NCBI GenBank assembly: GCA_024137785.1
Contig: JAHRHZ010000041.1
Location: 22,647,518 to 22,711,517 of the forward strand
Direction of reading: 5' to 3'
Length of the DNA: 64,000 nucleotides
DNA from: Ginglymostoma cirratum
Lineage: Eukaryota
Part shown: positions 1 to 14,100 of the stretch, piece by piece
Position numbering within the stretch: position 1 is the stretch's first letter
Layout of the letters: each line of letters opens with the position of its first letter
Position numbers and translations under genes: made by a program
The notes under the pieces: generated by a model
The model's database searches: none
What the model was told of the DNA's origin: nothing
Seen by the model: only the letters and a program-made list of their open reading frames with translations

Positions 1-174
1 TGATTTATTTCTTTTGAACGAAAGGGTTCCTTCATTTCTCAATTAGAGGGCTCGAAAAGAGTACGCTCTGAACTCGAGTCATGTATTATTTATGTTACAC
101 TGATGGATTTTGCAGACCAGATTCTGTAACTAAGTGACAACTAAGCTGTCAGTTTTTTTTACTCCTTTTTGCAG

Positions 175-298
175 GCACAAGTCCACATGCTCCAACCAAT
201 GTTAGAGTCACAGCCACGATGACCTCTGCTAATGCCTCCTGGGACCCAGGTTATGATGGTGGATATGAGCAGACATTTACAGTCTGGTATGGCCCTGT
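175..298 (+). CDS. IGSF9B: IGSF9B coding exon, start of FN3 domain 1; alternative donors after 286 or 298
   Basis: Acceptor tttttgcag|G. Translates (G)TSPHAPTNVRVTATMTSANASWDPGYDGGYEQTFTVW[YGPV], matching vertebrate IGSF9B GTSPHAP...WEPGYDGGYEQTFSVW. Donors TG|GTATGG (287) and GT|GTGAGT (299) are both phase 2. Confidence 0.95.
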
Positions 299-1489
299 GT
301 GAGTCATCCTAGCATGCTTTGCTTCCGCTCCTTCCTTCTCAATTCTTTGCTTAAATGAATGTTTTGTATGCATTAGGCTTCCTATAATGATTTGCTCTGC
401 TGTTATCGTTTGGCAGTTGTGTAGCTGCAGGCTGTTGATTTAGAGCAACCAGGCTCTGCTGGCGCAATAGTTTTTTGGGCTGACTAACTGTCTTGACATT
501 TTATTTGTTCTTTATCATTCCTTTCTGGTTGAGCTGTCCTGCAATGCTCATGGTGGAGTCAAGCTTTTTAAAGCTTGTTACAATGAAATTTACCAGACTC
601 ATTTCGACTTGAGAACAGTCAACAGCTTGCACCCCACTGCGTAGGCTGGATTTAAGCCTTGATCTTGGAAATAAAAGGATAGTGCCTCAGCTATTGCCAC
701 TTAATTATTTTTACCTGCTGTTTTATGCACAATTGATCCTTGATATGCCATTACAAAGGATCTAGGCACTCTGTCACATATGTTGATGCACTCTGTTATT
801 GCAAGTTATTTCTAACAATATCTTACAGTGTAACGTATGAGTCAGTGGACAGATGTATAAGTGACATAGAGAAGATGCCAGTGATACTCAAATATGAGAA
901 GAAATTGGTCTGTTGCCTAAACTGGAGGATACATTGCTCATGTCACTGTATAGCTGTATCATAATCATGTGTCCACAGTGTTATTAAATGTAGGTGCCAA
1001 AGAAAATATTCCCTCCATCTAAATTCCTGATTTGTTAGTTCCCATGCAGGAAAACAATTGACATCAGGTCTTTTTAAAAAAAGTCCATGCTCACCAGGGA
1101 AAATTGCATTTATGTAGCTTGACATGGTGTATACTCATCCCAGGCAGAGCATATTGCAGTCTGTTAGAAATAAAGACTTGCTAATGTCTGGATAACTTGA
1201 ATTCTAAATATTCCATGAGATACAAAAAAGATCCAAAAATGTTTTATATTTAACATAAAGATGGGAATCCAGCTTTTACTTTCTATTGTTCCAGTTAAAA
1301 TCAGCAACAAACAACTCACCTCATACACAAGAGAGCACTTTCTATTCTGTCTGTTTCTTTGTAAGAGAGCTTTGATGACAAGATATGTTGTGCTCAACAA
1401 CAAAGGACTGCGAATGTCAGTAAACCACCAACAGAGATGCTTAAGGGTATCAGAATACAATCAATCGCAGCAGCCAGATTTTAGGCAGT

Positions 1490-1565
1490 GGAGCATACTG
1501 GAGATACTCAGCAGGTCAGGCAGCATCTGTGGAAAAAGGAAAATGGGGTTAACATTTCAGGTATG
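1490..1565 (+). repeat. Fragment of the old shark palindromic (Penelope-related) repeat
   Basis: ctggagatactcagcaggtcaggcagcatctgtgga...gttaacatttcagg; the same motif recurs at ~15095-15250 and ~17410-17510. Confidence 0.65.
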
Positions 1566-2345
1566 AACTGCTGATTTAACTTTGTCCTGTTTTAAATTAG
1601 CACTGTCCTTCACACATATGCAATGACAATGTCAAAGAATCTGCAAGGAGTACTGAGGAGGTTATTTTGTTGGCCAGTCTTGGTGGATATCAACATCTGG
1701 TCACTGTTTGAAGCATTAACATATATTAAGTAAGGACCTCAGAGCAGAAAGTAAAGTGTTCACCATCTCTCTTAAGAAAGAACTTTCAGGATCATACATT
1801 ACCCTAAAACAAATTATCATTACTTTGGGGCAGATTGCTGGTCTTTCCATGTCGGTCAAGTTTGTGTGCCCATCAACAAATTTAACAAATACAATTTTTT
1901 TAGACTCAGTACTGATGATGAAGTGACACTTTCTCTTTTGGCTATTAAATATACAACACACCCACTGCATATAGTTTCAGCTACTAACGTAGGTCTATCA
2001 GTTGGTAAAACATGAGTCAAAAGAAAGTGGGTTAACTCCATGGAGAAAGCTCGAATGAAGTAATGGGACCATTGCTCAGATAATGTAGGGATAACTCTGC
2101 CCTCCATTTATCATGCGCCATACCGGACTTGAGGTCAGTGATGGGTCATGTTTAAGTTTCATAATTATCCTGCTTTGCTTAACATAAAACACGTGGCTAT
2201 GGATTGCTTAAACTAATATATTTATCATCGCCACAAAATAGTTACCTCAGTATAAGCATGGGATCTCTTATATAATAGTTGGATACCACACTGATCACTT
2301 CCCTTATACCTATTTTCTGAAGAATTGCGCAACTTTCTACATCGA

Positions 2346-2700
2346 AGGCATGTTAAATTATTATTGCTGGACAGTTACTCCAGAGGCCCAGTAATATTCT
2401 GGTACCTGGGTTCAAATCTTGCTATGGTCGTGGGTGGAATTTGAATACATATAAGAAAAGCCTCAAATTAACAGTCAAATGATGACCATGAAACTGTTGT
2501 TGAGTGTCAGAAAAACCCATCTGATTCACCAATCGCCTTGAGGGAAGGAAACTGCCATCCTTACCCAATCTGGTCTATATGTGACTCTGGACCCACAGCA
2601 TGTGGTTGACATTTTACTGCCAACTGGCCAGTTAGGGATGGGCAATAAATGCTGGCCTGGCCAGCAATATCCACGTCTTGTAATGAACATAAGAATAGAA
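2346..2700 (+). mobile_element. tRNA-derived shark SINE (SacSINE1/DeuSINE-like)
   Basis: B-box-like gggttcaaatc, body gaaaaacccatctg...agggaaggaaactgccatccttacc, tail agggatgggcaataaatgctggcctggccagc. A second copy lies at 60364-60720. Confidence 0.8.
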
Positions 2701-3629
2701 AATCTTTGCTCAGAATAGACATGTCTCTCATTAATAAATGCAAATGTTCACTTTAAAGCTAATTTTGGATTTTATGACTTTATGTTTCGTTCATTCACAG
2801 CCAATCCTGTGACAAAGGACTGTGCAATGTGATGATGTGTTGAAATTTCCCAGATATCTGTCAATTTGGATCATTACACTGGCATACACTTTGGGCTGGA
2901 GTTGAGAGCGATTAAACCTGATTTACTATGCTATCCAATCACTGACCAAAACATAAAGGGAGGCATTTAACTTACTATATAGTGATGGTCATCTTTTAAA
3001 ACAGAAGCCAAGAGTTTGAGTACAGAAGTAGAAGTAATCATAAAGAGAATTGCATGAAAATAGAAAACATCTTAACACAGGTAGAATTCGTGAGCCTTGA
3101 GATGTATCAGAATTTCACCCCAACAGTAATGAGGTACAACAGCCTAAAGATGATGACATTTCTGTGTGCAAACACAGACACTGCTCATAGATTCCTTGTG
3201 AAAAATAATGCCAATCAAACCTACACAAATCAGTGTCTTGACATACGTTGATCCTATCATGATGGAGTAAGCATGTAGTCAGATGATAATAGTGGTGTGC
3301 TTCATGTATGAGTCAGAAGAATATTATATTATGAATCAAGTTGCAAAAAGCTCAAAAATACTAAATGTTTTGTGAAACTGTGTCACTTTGAATGATTGTT
3401 AGAACAACAAGACAGTAGGTCAGGGTAAAGGGGTGTGTTAGTTTGTTACTTTAATCTTACAGTGCCACCATCTTTTCTTTAAGTGTAGTTTTATCAACCG
3501 TAGGACAATGTATAAAGGAAACCTAAAAAAATGTTATCAATAAAACTGATCAGAGGATAATTTACAATGGGTTAATGGGCTCATGAAAAGATATACTACC
3601 AAATGTTATTACTGGCATTAAAATCTGTG

Positions 3630-4760
3630 GAGGAACATCAGAATAGGAGGGCAATCATCACCTTATGCCTGATTTGCTGATCTGTGTCTCGGCTCCACTT
3701 ACTTATTAATGCTATATACTGATATATCTCTTGATTTCCTTCCCTAACAAAAATCTATCAATCAAAGACTTGAAGGTTTTATTGTTCCCAGTGTTCACAG
3801 CTCTTAGGGGAATGGATGGCAGATTTCTACATCTATTTATGTGGAAAAACAAACTTCCTGATTTCCTGCCTAATGATCTGGCTTATATTTTAAATATGTG
3901 ACCCCTCATTCTTGAATCCCCACAAAAGGAAATGGTTTCTCAGCAGCTACCCCTTAAAATGCTATTAACATTTCAAACTCCTTGATCATACCAATGTTCA
4001 ATCTTCTGTTAAACAGGTATGATAAGCTATGTTTATGTGCCCATAATTAGAAACATAGGGCTTAGGAGTAGAATTAGGCCATTCAGCCCTTTGATCCTTC
4101 TCCATCATTCGATGCAGTCATGACTGATCTGATTGTGTCCTCAACTCCACTATCCAGTCTGCTCCTTACAGTTCTTATCTCCCTCATCTATCAAAAATCT
4201 ATCAGACCCAGCCATGGATAAATTCAAAGTCCCAGTTTCCACTGTTTCGTGATGAAGAGAGTTTCAGAGACTTAAGATCCTCTAAGGAAAAGAAGTTCTC
4301 ATCTTTTCTGTCTGAAAGGGGAAAACTCATTTTTAAACCATGTCCATAAAAAGGGAAGCATCCTCCCTGTATCCAAGGCACCATAGCAAATTTCTGACAC
4401 AGAAAGAAGCCATTCAGATGACTATCTCTGCATTGGTCTGCAGTATTGTAGCTTCCAGAGCCTCAGGTACAGATCCAGGTACCTTCGAAATGAATAGGGA
4501 TTTCTGCCTTCACCATCAAACAAGGCAGTAAAGTCGAAACACCCATCACCATCTGGATGAAAAAGACTTTCCTTATGATTCCTCTAATCCTTTTACCGAT
4601 CACCTTAAATCTGTCCTCCCTGGTAAATGACCTCTCAGCTAGAGGAAACAGGTCTTTGCTGTCCAGTCTATCTAGGCCGTACTTAATTTTATACACCCCA
4701 ATTAAGCCACCATTCAGTCTCTTCTATACTAAGGAAAACTCTCTGTCTCTGAGTATTTCT
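3630..4760 (-). mobile_element. Cluster of CR1/HER1 LINE 3' fragments
   Basis: Minus ORF 4463..4696 YKIKYGLDRLDSKDLFPLAERSFTREDRFKVIGKR matches the CR1 ORF2 C-terminus. Repeated tails such as agaaacatag...ggccattcagccc. Confidence 0.8.
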
Positions 4761-4839
4761 TTGTGGAAAGAGATTTTAGGAATGTTTTATTCATTGGTTG
4801 CAGGACTTCTGCTGGTGACTCAAGTCTACCCATGAGCAG

Positions 4840-6075
4840 TAGATTCTCCCAAAGTGATTCCAAATGAAACCATACTTACTGCTGGGGGCACCTGGGTCTG
4901 TTATTCTTGTACATTTCTCTTGCATGCTGGTTCTTCGCTCAGTCTCAAAAATGTCTGTAGCACTCTCAATGTAGCATCTCCAGGCAGCAGAATCCATAGC
5001 CTGCATTTCTCACTGGCAAAGGGAGTGACATATAGGGAGGGTCTCCTACCAGGAGTCCTTGAAGCATCTGCGTAGGGCCTGTCTTCTCAAGTAGTCAGTC
5101 AGCTCTGTGTCCCACAAAATTTTGGACAGGCAATTGTCAACGTCTGGACAGTATGACTCATCCAATGCAGTTGGCTTTATAAGAAGGCAGCCCCATTGCT
5201 TGTGGTGTTGGTTGTTTCCAGAACGTCAGCTGTTTTGAGGATCCTGAGGATGCTGCAGAGATAGCAATGGTGACATTTTTCTAGAAGACAAACATGTCAG
5301 CGGTCAGGATCTACAACTCAACATCTTACAAAAGGATGATAAGGACTTTGACTTTGTCTGCTTTGAGTTAGCTCTGTGCTGTGAGGCTGTTATTGTTCCA
5401 GTTTCATTAATAGAGTGTTCCAAGTGCACTGTTAGCTTCAGGAAGCCTATTGTCCCCTTCCTCAGCTACAGTGGCATCAAAAGAGTTAACTTTCCACAAA
5501 TAGGTAAATTACTTGCCAGTATTCAGCTCAGTTCCCTGGATGACAACACTTAGTTAACTATATTCATCTTGGAGTGTGGGCTCACAAAGTATTTCTTATT
5601 TCCTTCAGACTTTTTTTAGTCAGAAGATTTGTGCCACCTCAGAAAAGCATGTTGTTGTGCATTACACTTCTGACTGTGGCACAGAAGAGCACAGTCATCA
5701 GCAAAAAGAAGTTCATGGATGAGGTTTTCTTGTGTCTTTGAATGAACCTGGTTGAAAGGACCAATCAGAAACATTTGTAAACTCCCAATCAATATCATCA
5801 ATTGCCTGCTGCCGCATCAGACTAAAAAAATGGTGACTAAAGTCATGACCACACACATCCCTGCTTCATCCCATTGGAGATTCCAAAGGGATTCAAGGGT
5901 TGCTGTTGTATTTGACTTGTTCATACCAATTTTCATAAAACTGCTTCACTGTAGCCAGGAACTGGGATGCGCGTCCAAGCTTTTCAAGAATTTCAGAAGT
6001 TTTCTGAGTAGAAGCAACTCTAGTATATCGAAAATTTCTTTGTAGCTGCAGTTTTCAAGGCCTGGCAATGGTCTT
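4840..6075 (-). mobile_element. Decayed RTE-clade LINE (reverse transcriptase region)
   Basis: Minus ORF 5616..5801 contains LIHELLFADDCALLCHS, an RTE/BovB-type RT catalytic motif. Frameshifted. Confidence 0.8.
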
Positions 6076-6099
6076 TGAAATCAAAAATAGAAATGGTTG

Positions 6100-6295
6100 T
6101 GGGGAGAAAGCAGAGTCAACGTTTCTGTTCTTGTATCAGAGATAAAAGGTACTGCAGATGCTGGAGAATCCGAGATAACAAGCATGGGGCTGGATGAACA
6201 CAGCAGGTCAAGCAGCATCATAGGAGCAGGAAAACTTGACGTTTCGGGCCTAAACCCTTGTTTCAGATTTTCAGCAATTCTTCGTTTTTTTGTTT
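6100..6295 (+). mobile_element. Young palindromic-family retroposon half copy (6141-6256) nested in an older palindromic repeat
   Basis: actgcagatgctggagaatccgagataaca...gacgtttcgggcctaaaccc, flanked by cttgtatcaga (6130-6140) and cttgtttcaga (6257-6267). Confidence 0.75.
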
Positions 6296-6299
6296 AGTA

Positions 6300-7310
6300 T
6301 TTTTGTAAACTTCCTTTGCACTGTCTCCATGGCATTTACGTTCTTCCTGGAATATGGTGACCAGATTGCACACAAAATTTCAGCTGTGGCCTAACCAGTG
6401 TTTTAGACAGCATTACAACCCTACTTTTCATATTTCATCCAATAAAGGAAAGCTTTCCATATGCTGCCATTTCCAAGGGCCTGTGGGCGTGCACCCCAGG
6501 GATTCTCACTTCCTGTAACTCTCATTATCCTCCTGTTTATTGTGTATTCCCTAACTTGCTTTGCCTTCCCCAAGGCGTCATCTCACCCTTCTCTGGCTTA
6601 AATTCCATTTGCCACTTTTCAATCCACTGAACTAAAATATTGGTATCTGGAGTTGACATTTATCCTCTTCACTATCAACTATATGGCCAACATTTGTATC
6701 ATCTGCAAATTTCCCAACTGCGCCTCCCATATTTAAATTCAAATCATGAATGTATACAATAAGCAACAAGAGGCCCAACAATAAGCCCCACAGAACACCG
6801 CTAGAAGCTGCTTTCCAGATGCAAAAACATCCATCAACCATTACCCTTTGTTTCTTGTCACTGAACCAATTTGGTTCCAATTCAACATATGTATCCCATG
6901 GGCTTTTACTTTCCCGACCAGTCTACCATGTAACACCTCGTCAAATGCCTTCGTAAAATCCATGTAGACAACATCAACTGTATTACTGTTATCAATCCTT
7001 GTTAATTCCTCAAAAAATTGCATCAAGTTAATAATACACAACATTCCCTGATTAGTTTGCAACTTTCCAAGTGACAATTTATCTTGTCTCTTAGAATTGA
7101 TTCTAATGATTTCCCCACCATCAAATTGACCACATTATAACTATTTGGCCTAACTCTCACACACTTTTTAAATAGTGATAAAACATTTAACAACTTCCAA
7201 TCCTCTTGTAGCTCACGTGTATCCCGTAAGGATTGATAAATTATCCTCAGAACATTTATTATTTCCTGCCTGGCTTCCTTCAACAACCTGGGGTACAAGC
7301 TATCAATATT
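6300..7310 (-). mobile_element. CR1 LINE ORF2 fragment (reverse transcriptase)
   Basis: Minus ORFs give YPRLLKEARQEI, VDVVYMDFTKAFDEVLHGRL and SGVLWGLLLG...YIHDL...KFADDT. Confidence 0.9.
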
Positions 7311-7649
7311 ATCAAGACCCCTCAGGACCCTACAGGATTTCTACAGTGAAGACAGATACTAATCGTCTGTTCAACTATTCTACCATCTCCCTATTTGTCT
7401 TTATTAATTCTCTAGGTTCACTCTTGAGAGGACTTATACTTGTTTTATTTACTCTTGTCATTTTAATTACTGGTTGAAACTCTCATTATCTATTTTCATA
7501 ATTCTAGGTAGCTTTCTGTCATGCTCAAATATCTCCTTTTTTAGCCAGTAATGGTGGATCTGTCCAATTTTCTGGCCTGCCTCTAAACTTTTCATATTTG
7601 TAAGCTGAATGATATCTGTCGACTGATGTAGACCTAATGGTGTTCTGTG

Positions 7650-8110
7650 GTTCTCTCAGGCTGAGTCAGCATGGTTTTAAGGAAAATCATGTTTGACAAA
7701 TTTATTCAAATCTTTGAGGATCCAACTCATAGAGTTGATAAAAAGGAGCTTATAGGTAGATTTGCAAAAGACATTTAATAAAGTGGTTCACAAAATATTA
7801 GTATGCAAGTTAACACTTTGTGAGTTAGATCAACATATTTATATGGACAGAGAAATGGTTAATGGACAGGAAGAAAAGAATAGGGATAAATGGTACATTG
7901 CAAGCAAGCAGGCTATGACAAGTGGAGTGCTGCAAGGATCAGTGCTGGGGCCACCAATCAATATTAATGACTTCGTCAAGGAGACTAAGAGCAGTAATGT
8001 TTGCTCATAATGCAAAACTAGGCGAGAACACAAGCTGTGCGGAGCTCACAAGGTGAAGTATAATTTAGGCAAGTGTGAGACTTTTCACTTTGACAGCAAG
8101 AACAGAACAT
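7650..8110 (+). mobile_element. CR1 LINE RT fragment
   Basis: agtcagcatggtttt; ORF 7762..8010 QKTFNKV...TSGVLQGSVLGP..INDF. Confidence 0.85.
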
Positions 8111-11100
8111 TTTTTGTCTTCCCTTTATCAGTTCCTAACATGAGTGCCAGGTGGCCTTGACCCTTCTGAAACCGCTTCAGTTAAAATGGCAACAGGCGTG
8201 AAATGTTCTGGGAATGCAACAGAAAATGCCTGATTGTCATTTTAGTGACCTGACTTTGTGCAAGTAAAATTAAAATCCTGTCGATGGCGTTTGCCCAGCT
8301 ATACAAAGTAGGACCTTTATCTGCCTAAATGTTCATCCAAATCAAAAATCAATTTTTCCTAGCATGTTTTGTATAAAGGTAAGTATGGGATAATTTTAAT
8401 ATTTCAGCCCTGATTTTAAATAAGAGTCACTGAGCTGTAACTCCCTGCTGTGGTCAAAATTCTAATTTATATGCATCAAATTTATTGACTTCCAAAAGTA
8501 GACAAATAACAAAATGTCTTGGGGCTGTTGGTGTTTAAACAGTTACTGCTGAAAGTTGAGTACAAGGCAATGTTGCGCTTGACCAGGCTGTGTTTAATAT
8601 GCAGAGAAGTAGGTCAGAGAAGTGAGTACAATGAAAACTGGTTGGTTTGACAGAATTGGGCTCGAAGGAAATGGCTTCTGAGACGCGCATTCAGATTAAT
8701 GGAATTATACTCAGGCAGACCAATATCTGAAGGTGAGCTGTACCTGTCAAAAATGCACAGCACTATGTACATATTAATTGCTAACAGAAAATGCATGAAG
8801 CAGAAATCAGATGAAAAGCTGCAGGATTATTGAGGGGACACAGCCACTGATGAGGAAGATCTTTTTATTGTGTCCCTTTAATATAATATTGCCGCAGGAA
8901 CACCAACTCCAGTTGCACCATGTCTTCAGTGACATGAACTGCCACCAGAACTACTTTTTCCCATGCTGCTCAAGACAAAATACAGATAAATATAAATAAT
9001 CATGTCCCAAAATATGAACTAATGCATGCTTTTGCACTACTGGCTATGGGTAATCTATGCATTCAGTCGGCTGGTACAAATTGACACTGTCCTTTCTGAA
9101 CTGCAGCTCTGTGCAGATTGGGTTCTGATGTTGGAAAAGATCCGGTGGCTTTATGTCCACTGTTATTTGGATGATATGCTGGTGCTCTGAACTCTACCTG
9201 GCTTCCTAAATGGGAGGTGATTGGTCAGGGTCATGGTGTTGAGAGGGAGGAAGAGAGGGGTTAGTAGGCCAGGCATTGCAATGGCTGACAAAACATTGAA
9301 GAGCCCATTCATGCTCTCATCACTGCAAATCACTGTTTAAATTGTCCTTGATTTTTCTTGGAAGACATCCAAGAAATCATGGAACAGGACCCGCTTCCTG
9401 ACAATAGCATTTTCCATCAAGAAGGTGAAAATGCCAAATACACTCACAACCTTATACATGCAGCAATACCTTTCAAAGGATAATTTTATCATTGTCTTTC
9501 AGGTGACATCAGATCAGCCACCCATCCATTCTCTGTTGTGTTCTCGCTCCATAGACAGGTAGGGGGTACAATATTCTTGTAACCCAATCCCTCAGGTTTT
9601 CCATTGAAGGAAGGAAGAGTTAGGTTAAGATTAAACCTTCATTCTACTGCTATCGCAAGAGTGACTGAACTTGCAAATGTACTTCATTTGTTAATGAGGT
9701 ATCTAGGACAACCTAAGGTGGAGATGGTGCTATATAAATGCAGAGTTTTTATGGCACAATTACTAAATGCAAGAGATGACCGGAGCTCTTATTCCTTGTG
9801 TGGATCATAAAACCATATGACACAAAAGGGGTCGTTCAGTCTACCTGTGCTAGTTGTTTCAAAGTGCTAACCAACCAGTCCCATTCATGCCTGCCCCATA
9901 GCTTTGCATATTCCTTTTTGAGTATATTTCCAATTCTCTTTTGTGCTACATACTTCAATCAACTCCAGTTTCTGTCAAGTGAAGTACTGTCATCCCACTT
10001 CAAAACCAACATGCCTCAATCATTCAATTTAGCACACAGCAGTTTTTCTAACCTGTACTTACAGATCCCCGTGGTTTGCTCAATTCACTGTTAAAAGAGG
10101 CTGCTAGAAGTGTAAAACTTGCAGGGCAGGGAAGCTGTAAATTGAAGGGAAATTTGTGAGCCCCTGCAGACAGACCGTAATTGTAGATTAGACAAAGTGC
10201 CAGTAAACGAGTACCTTCTGCAGAACAAAATAGGTTTGTAAAGTCTGACTTTGAAAATGTTAACTACTCCCTGTTTGAAATAAAAGAAAGCGCATGTAAA
10301 TATCTTCTGGAGTTCAAGCAATATTTTCGTTAATCAAATATCTACCTTCAAGCATTAGTTGTCATGCATCAGGATAACTAACTTTAGATCAGTAACAAGT
10401 CCTTGTCGTTCAGGGTGTCTTTGTGTTAATGATGTAGTTTATCGACCGAGGGCTTGCTCAAAGGTTGAAGCAACCTACTACATCTTTTCTCAATCTAATT
10501 TAGCTAAGATAGAAATTGCTAAAGCTACCGCTGATTGGAAGGCTATTCACGTAATGACTTTCACAGCAGTCAGTACAAAGGACAGGGTTTGTCTGCAGCG
10601 AGAGTGCTTCACATGAATTTGAAAATATACTGTAATTTCAAAAAAAATCCTTGAGCAACAGATTTGAAAGGCAGCCTCATAAAAATGGAGGAGTTCAGGG
10701 AGATACAAAGGTTTTACTGTAGTTATTTCAGAGCAATGTTTCAAATGAAAAATGTATTAAAGGGGAAACACCATTTCCAGGTAATGTGCTCACAGTTCTA
10801 AATGAGGATTTTTCTTTGCTTTTCCTCTGCACTCATTAAACCATTGTTTCCTGTGAGTGTTAACACCATCCTGCTTATCAGTTGGGCATGTAATTTAAGG
10901 AGCAGTTAATACAAATCATTCCATCTCAAAATGTGAAGAATTTTGCACTTTCTTGTACTCAGAATTCATAAATACTCTATGGAGGCTTTTCTCAGTGCAC
11001 GTGTAACTAAATCTTGACGCGACTTACAAAGAATATATTTACAATGTTGCTGAAGGGAACATACAGAAGAGATCTTTTGCCAAGGTTTTGTATGGGATTA

Positions 11101-11669
11101 TTAAGCACTGGGAGGACCCTGTATACTGGTTACATCTAATACCAGACATTTATTCATTCTTCTTGATAACTTGAACTGCACACCAGTTTGAGATGTTGGG
11201 AATTTTGGTCACGTGCTCATAACAGAAGAACAAAAGTGTTTTTGAGGCTGAACAGGTGGGTAAGTGGAGCTGAGTCCATGATCTTATTGCATGGCAGAGC
11301 AGGCTTCATGGGCCATGCTGCTATTTCTTATGTTCCAGGAACAAGCCTCCTGCTTCTCCTTCTCCCTCCTTAAAACAATGTCCTTTCTCTATTTCACTAG
11401 TCTCTCAATAAATTTAAGCGATTTAATGAGGTTAGCAAATCATCACCAAGGACCTGCCTTCAGACAGAGGAATCAAGAAGATTAACACAGCAGTTTGGGA
11501 TCATGAGTCCTTTGTGAGTGTGAACTACCTCCTGCCACTGTGCAGAGCTCCTCCAATGTGCTGCACTTCCAAACCTCTGGAGCATATGATCTTAAAGTCA
11601 ACGCAAACCATGTTCCTTCAAGCTAAAAATATAACTGGGAAACAAGCTCAGCTTGGCAAGAAAAAAGAT

Positions 11670-12055
11670 AACTTGTATTTATATGGCATCTCAATGTCCT
11701 CACTGTATTTGGAAGTGTCCCATGGGCAATGAATTTTTTTTTTAAATGTAGTAATTGAAAAGTGAATAAAGGCACAAGATATCCCAAATCTGTTTGTTTT
11801 TGTAAATGGTGGCTGAAGGGTAAATGTTTATCAGGACAATTCACTCACCATTTTCAAAATTGCTGCATACTTCTCTTCTGTGCAACTGAATGGGCAGTGT
11901 AAAATGTTATCCAAACACAGCCCCTTCAACAGTGCAGGACCTCCAACATAACATCACTGAGGTAAAGCTTAGATGTCATGCTTGACTCCATCAGAGTGGA
12001 GCTTAAATCCATGGCTGACTGACAAAGAGATAAGAGCACTGTTAATGAGCCAAGC
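11670..12055 (-). mobile_element. Old Deu-type SINE remnant
   Basis: Similar to the 16770-17135 copy (aaatgtttatcaggaca, cccttcaacagtgcag, ending gagccaagct). Confidence 0.5.
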
Positions 12056-13534
12056 TATTGCATCAGTAGCTGGCACTGCAGCAGACTGAGGGGCTGTTGT
12101 TTTAGAACAGCATGCTTTAAAAATCTAACATTTGGTGCTGCTACAATGCAAAGTATGCAAATTAACATACTATAGGCTGCAAAATAAGCCATTAAAATGT
12201 AGGTGTTATACGAAATGTAGATCCAAATAGGTCATTTTTTTAAAAATAAATGTGAAAGCTGTCAGCAGAAAGTATCATGTGCCATCACAGCACACCTCAG
12301 TTGGCAAAACCTCCATATGTCACTAGCAAAATAGTGATAACCCTTTAGCTTAGTCATGCATGAAATCCTATTATGTGTCAAATTAAATAAACTATTGATG
12401 GATGGGCCATGTCCTTTTAACTTATACAATTGTCAATCCAATACATTTTAATATATTGAAGTCCAATGATTTCAGCAGGACAACAACCATTCTCTCAAGT
12501 TCTGCAATGCTTCCTATTTTTCCTCCATTTCTGCATTGCACGTGATATCCAGATTTAAGTTGCGTTACTAATTTTTATCATTGGCACCAATCTTTAGTAT
12601 ACACTGTGTAAAAGTCAGCAGTGATGTGGGGATCATCCACATACCAATGGATCAACAGGATGAACTGACTCAGCCCTTCTTTGTCGTGGATGTGGATTGC
12701 TCTGCACTGGTGGGTATAAAGAGACCCAGTTTGTAAACAGAGGAGATGAACACGTGAGTGAACTGCATGCTTTCACCCAGTGTGTACTGTACATGCCAGC
12801 TTGAATTAAGCACCTTCATCAAAACCAAACAGTGATCTGGCATGCCTACTGTTGGCAAATGTCAGTGCTTTTGCAGGATTCTGACACAAAGTGTGCAAAA
12901 GGGAGACCTCAGAAAATATTATACTGTAAATACTTGATAAGTCACAAGACCGTCGGCATTTTCAAAAGACCAGGTCCATAATTCTCAACATTTGAAATAA
13001 AACAATAATCATTTTATGTACAATGAATTAGTCTAGAAATTTATGCCCTGATTCAAAAGGATCACTTACGGTTGAATTATTTTAGGAGCATGTGTAAATT
13101 ATAGAGTTGCACAAGCTATTTGGTCCAAAAAGCCTAAATACATAGAACCTTCATCATGGCTTTAGAGACTTCTCAACCCACCTACCCCATTGATCATTAA
13201 ACCACACTAGCTTAACACTTTCACTTCTTTCCTAATAGAGTTGTAAAATTTTACAGCACCCAATGAGGCAATTTATCCTATTGTACCTGCGATGGCTATT
13301 TCAAAGAGCTCCATAATTGATCATCTATAACTTGAGAATAACTACATCACAAACATGGCTAAGGTGCAGGAAGCAGTCTCCATGAACTACCACAACCAGT
13401 ATGGAGACCGAACACATGCTGTTGTCTTTATTTTGCTGCAGACTGTATAGTCTTCCAGCCAACTGAGTTAAGCTAAACCCCATGTTAACCAGTAAGGTTT
13501 TAGTTATGACGTATAGCTCCTTTTCTTCAAATTT

Positions 13535-14100
13535 ATAACATCGTACAGTACAAAAGAGGCCATTTCGCCCATCAAGTCTGTACCACCAAAAAATATGCTG
13601 CTAGCTACATGAATTCCATTTTCCTGAACTAAGCCCATAGTTTTGTATGTTATGACACTTGAAGCGCTCACTCAAATACTTTTTAAAGATTGTGAGGTTT
13701 CCCTCCCGACTACCCTTCTAGACCCCCACCTGCCTCTGAGTGAAGGTTTTCCTCAAATTCCTTCTAAATCTCATACATTTCACTTTAAAATGATGCCACT
13801 TTCTTATTGACCCTTCAGCTAAGCTACTTTCTATTCACCCTATCCATGCCCCTCATAACCTTATGCACCACTTTCAGGTCCCCCACTCAACCTTCTGTGC
13901 ATATCCAGCTTCTCCTCATAGCTGAAATACTCCACCTCTGGCAAGATTCTGGTAAATCTCCTTTGCTCCCTCAGTACGATCTCATCACAGTATGGTGACC
14001 AGAACTGCACATAGTACTCCAGCTGTTGCTAACCAAAGTTCTGTACATCTCTAGCATGACGTCCCTCCTCTATAATCTATGCCACAACTGATAAAGACAC
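13535..14100 (-). mobile_element. CR1/HER1 LINE 3' fragment
   Basis: Tail acagtacaaaagaggccatttcgcccatcaagtctg; body ttctattcaccctatccatgcccctcataa and gtgaccagaactgcacatagtactcca. Confidence 0.8.
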
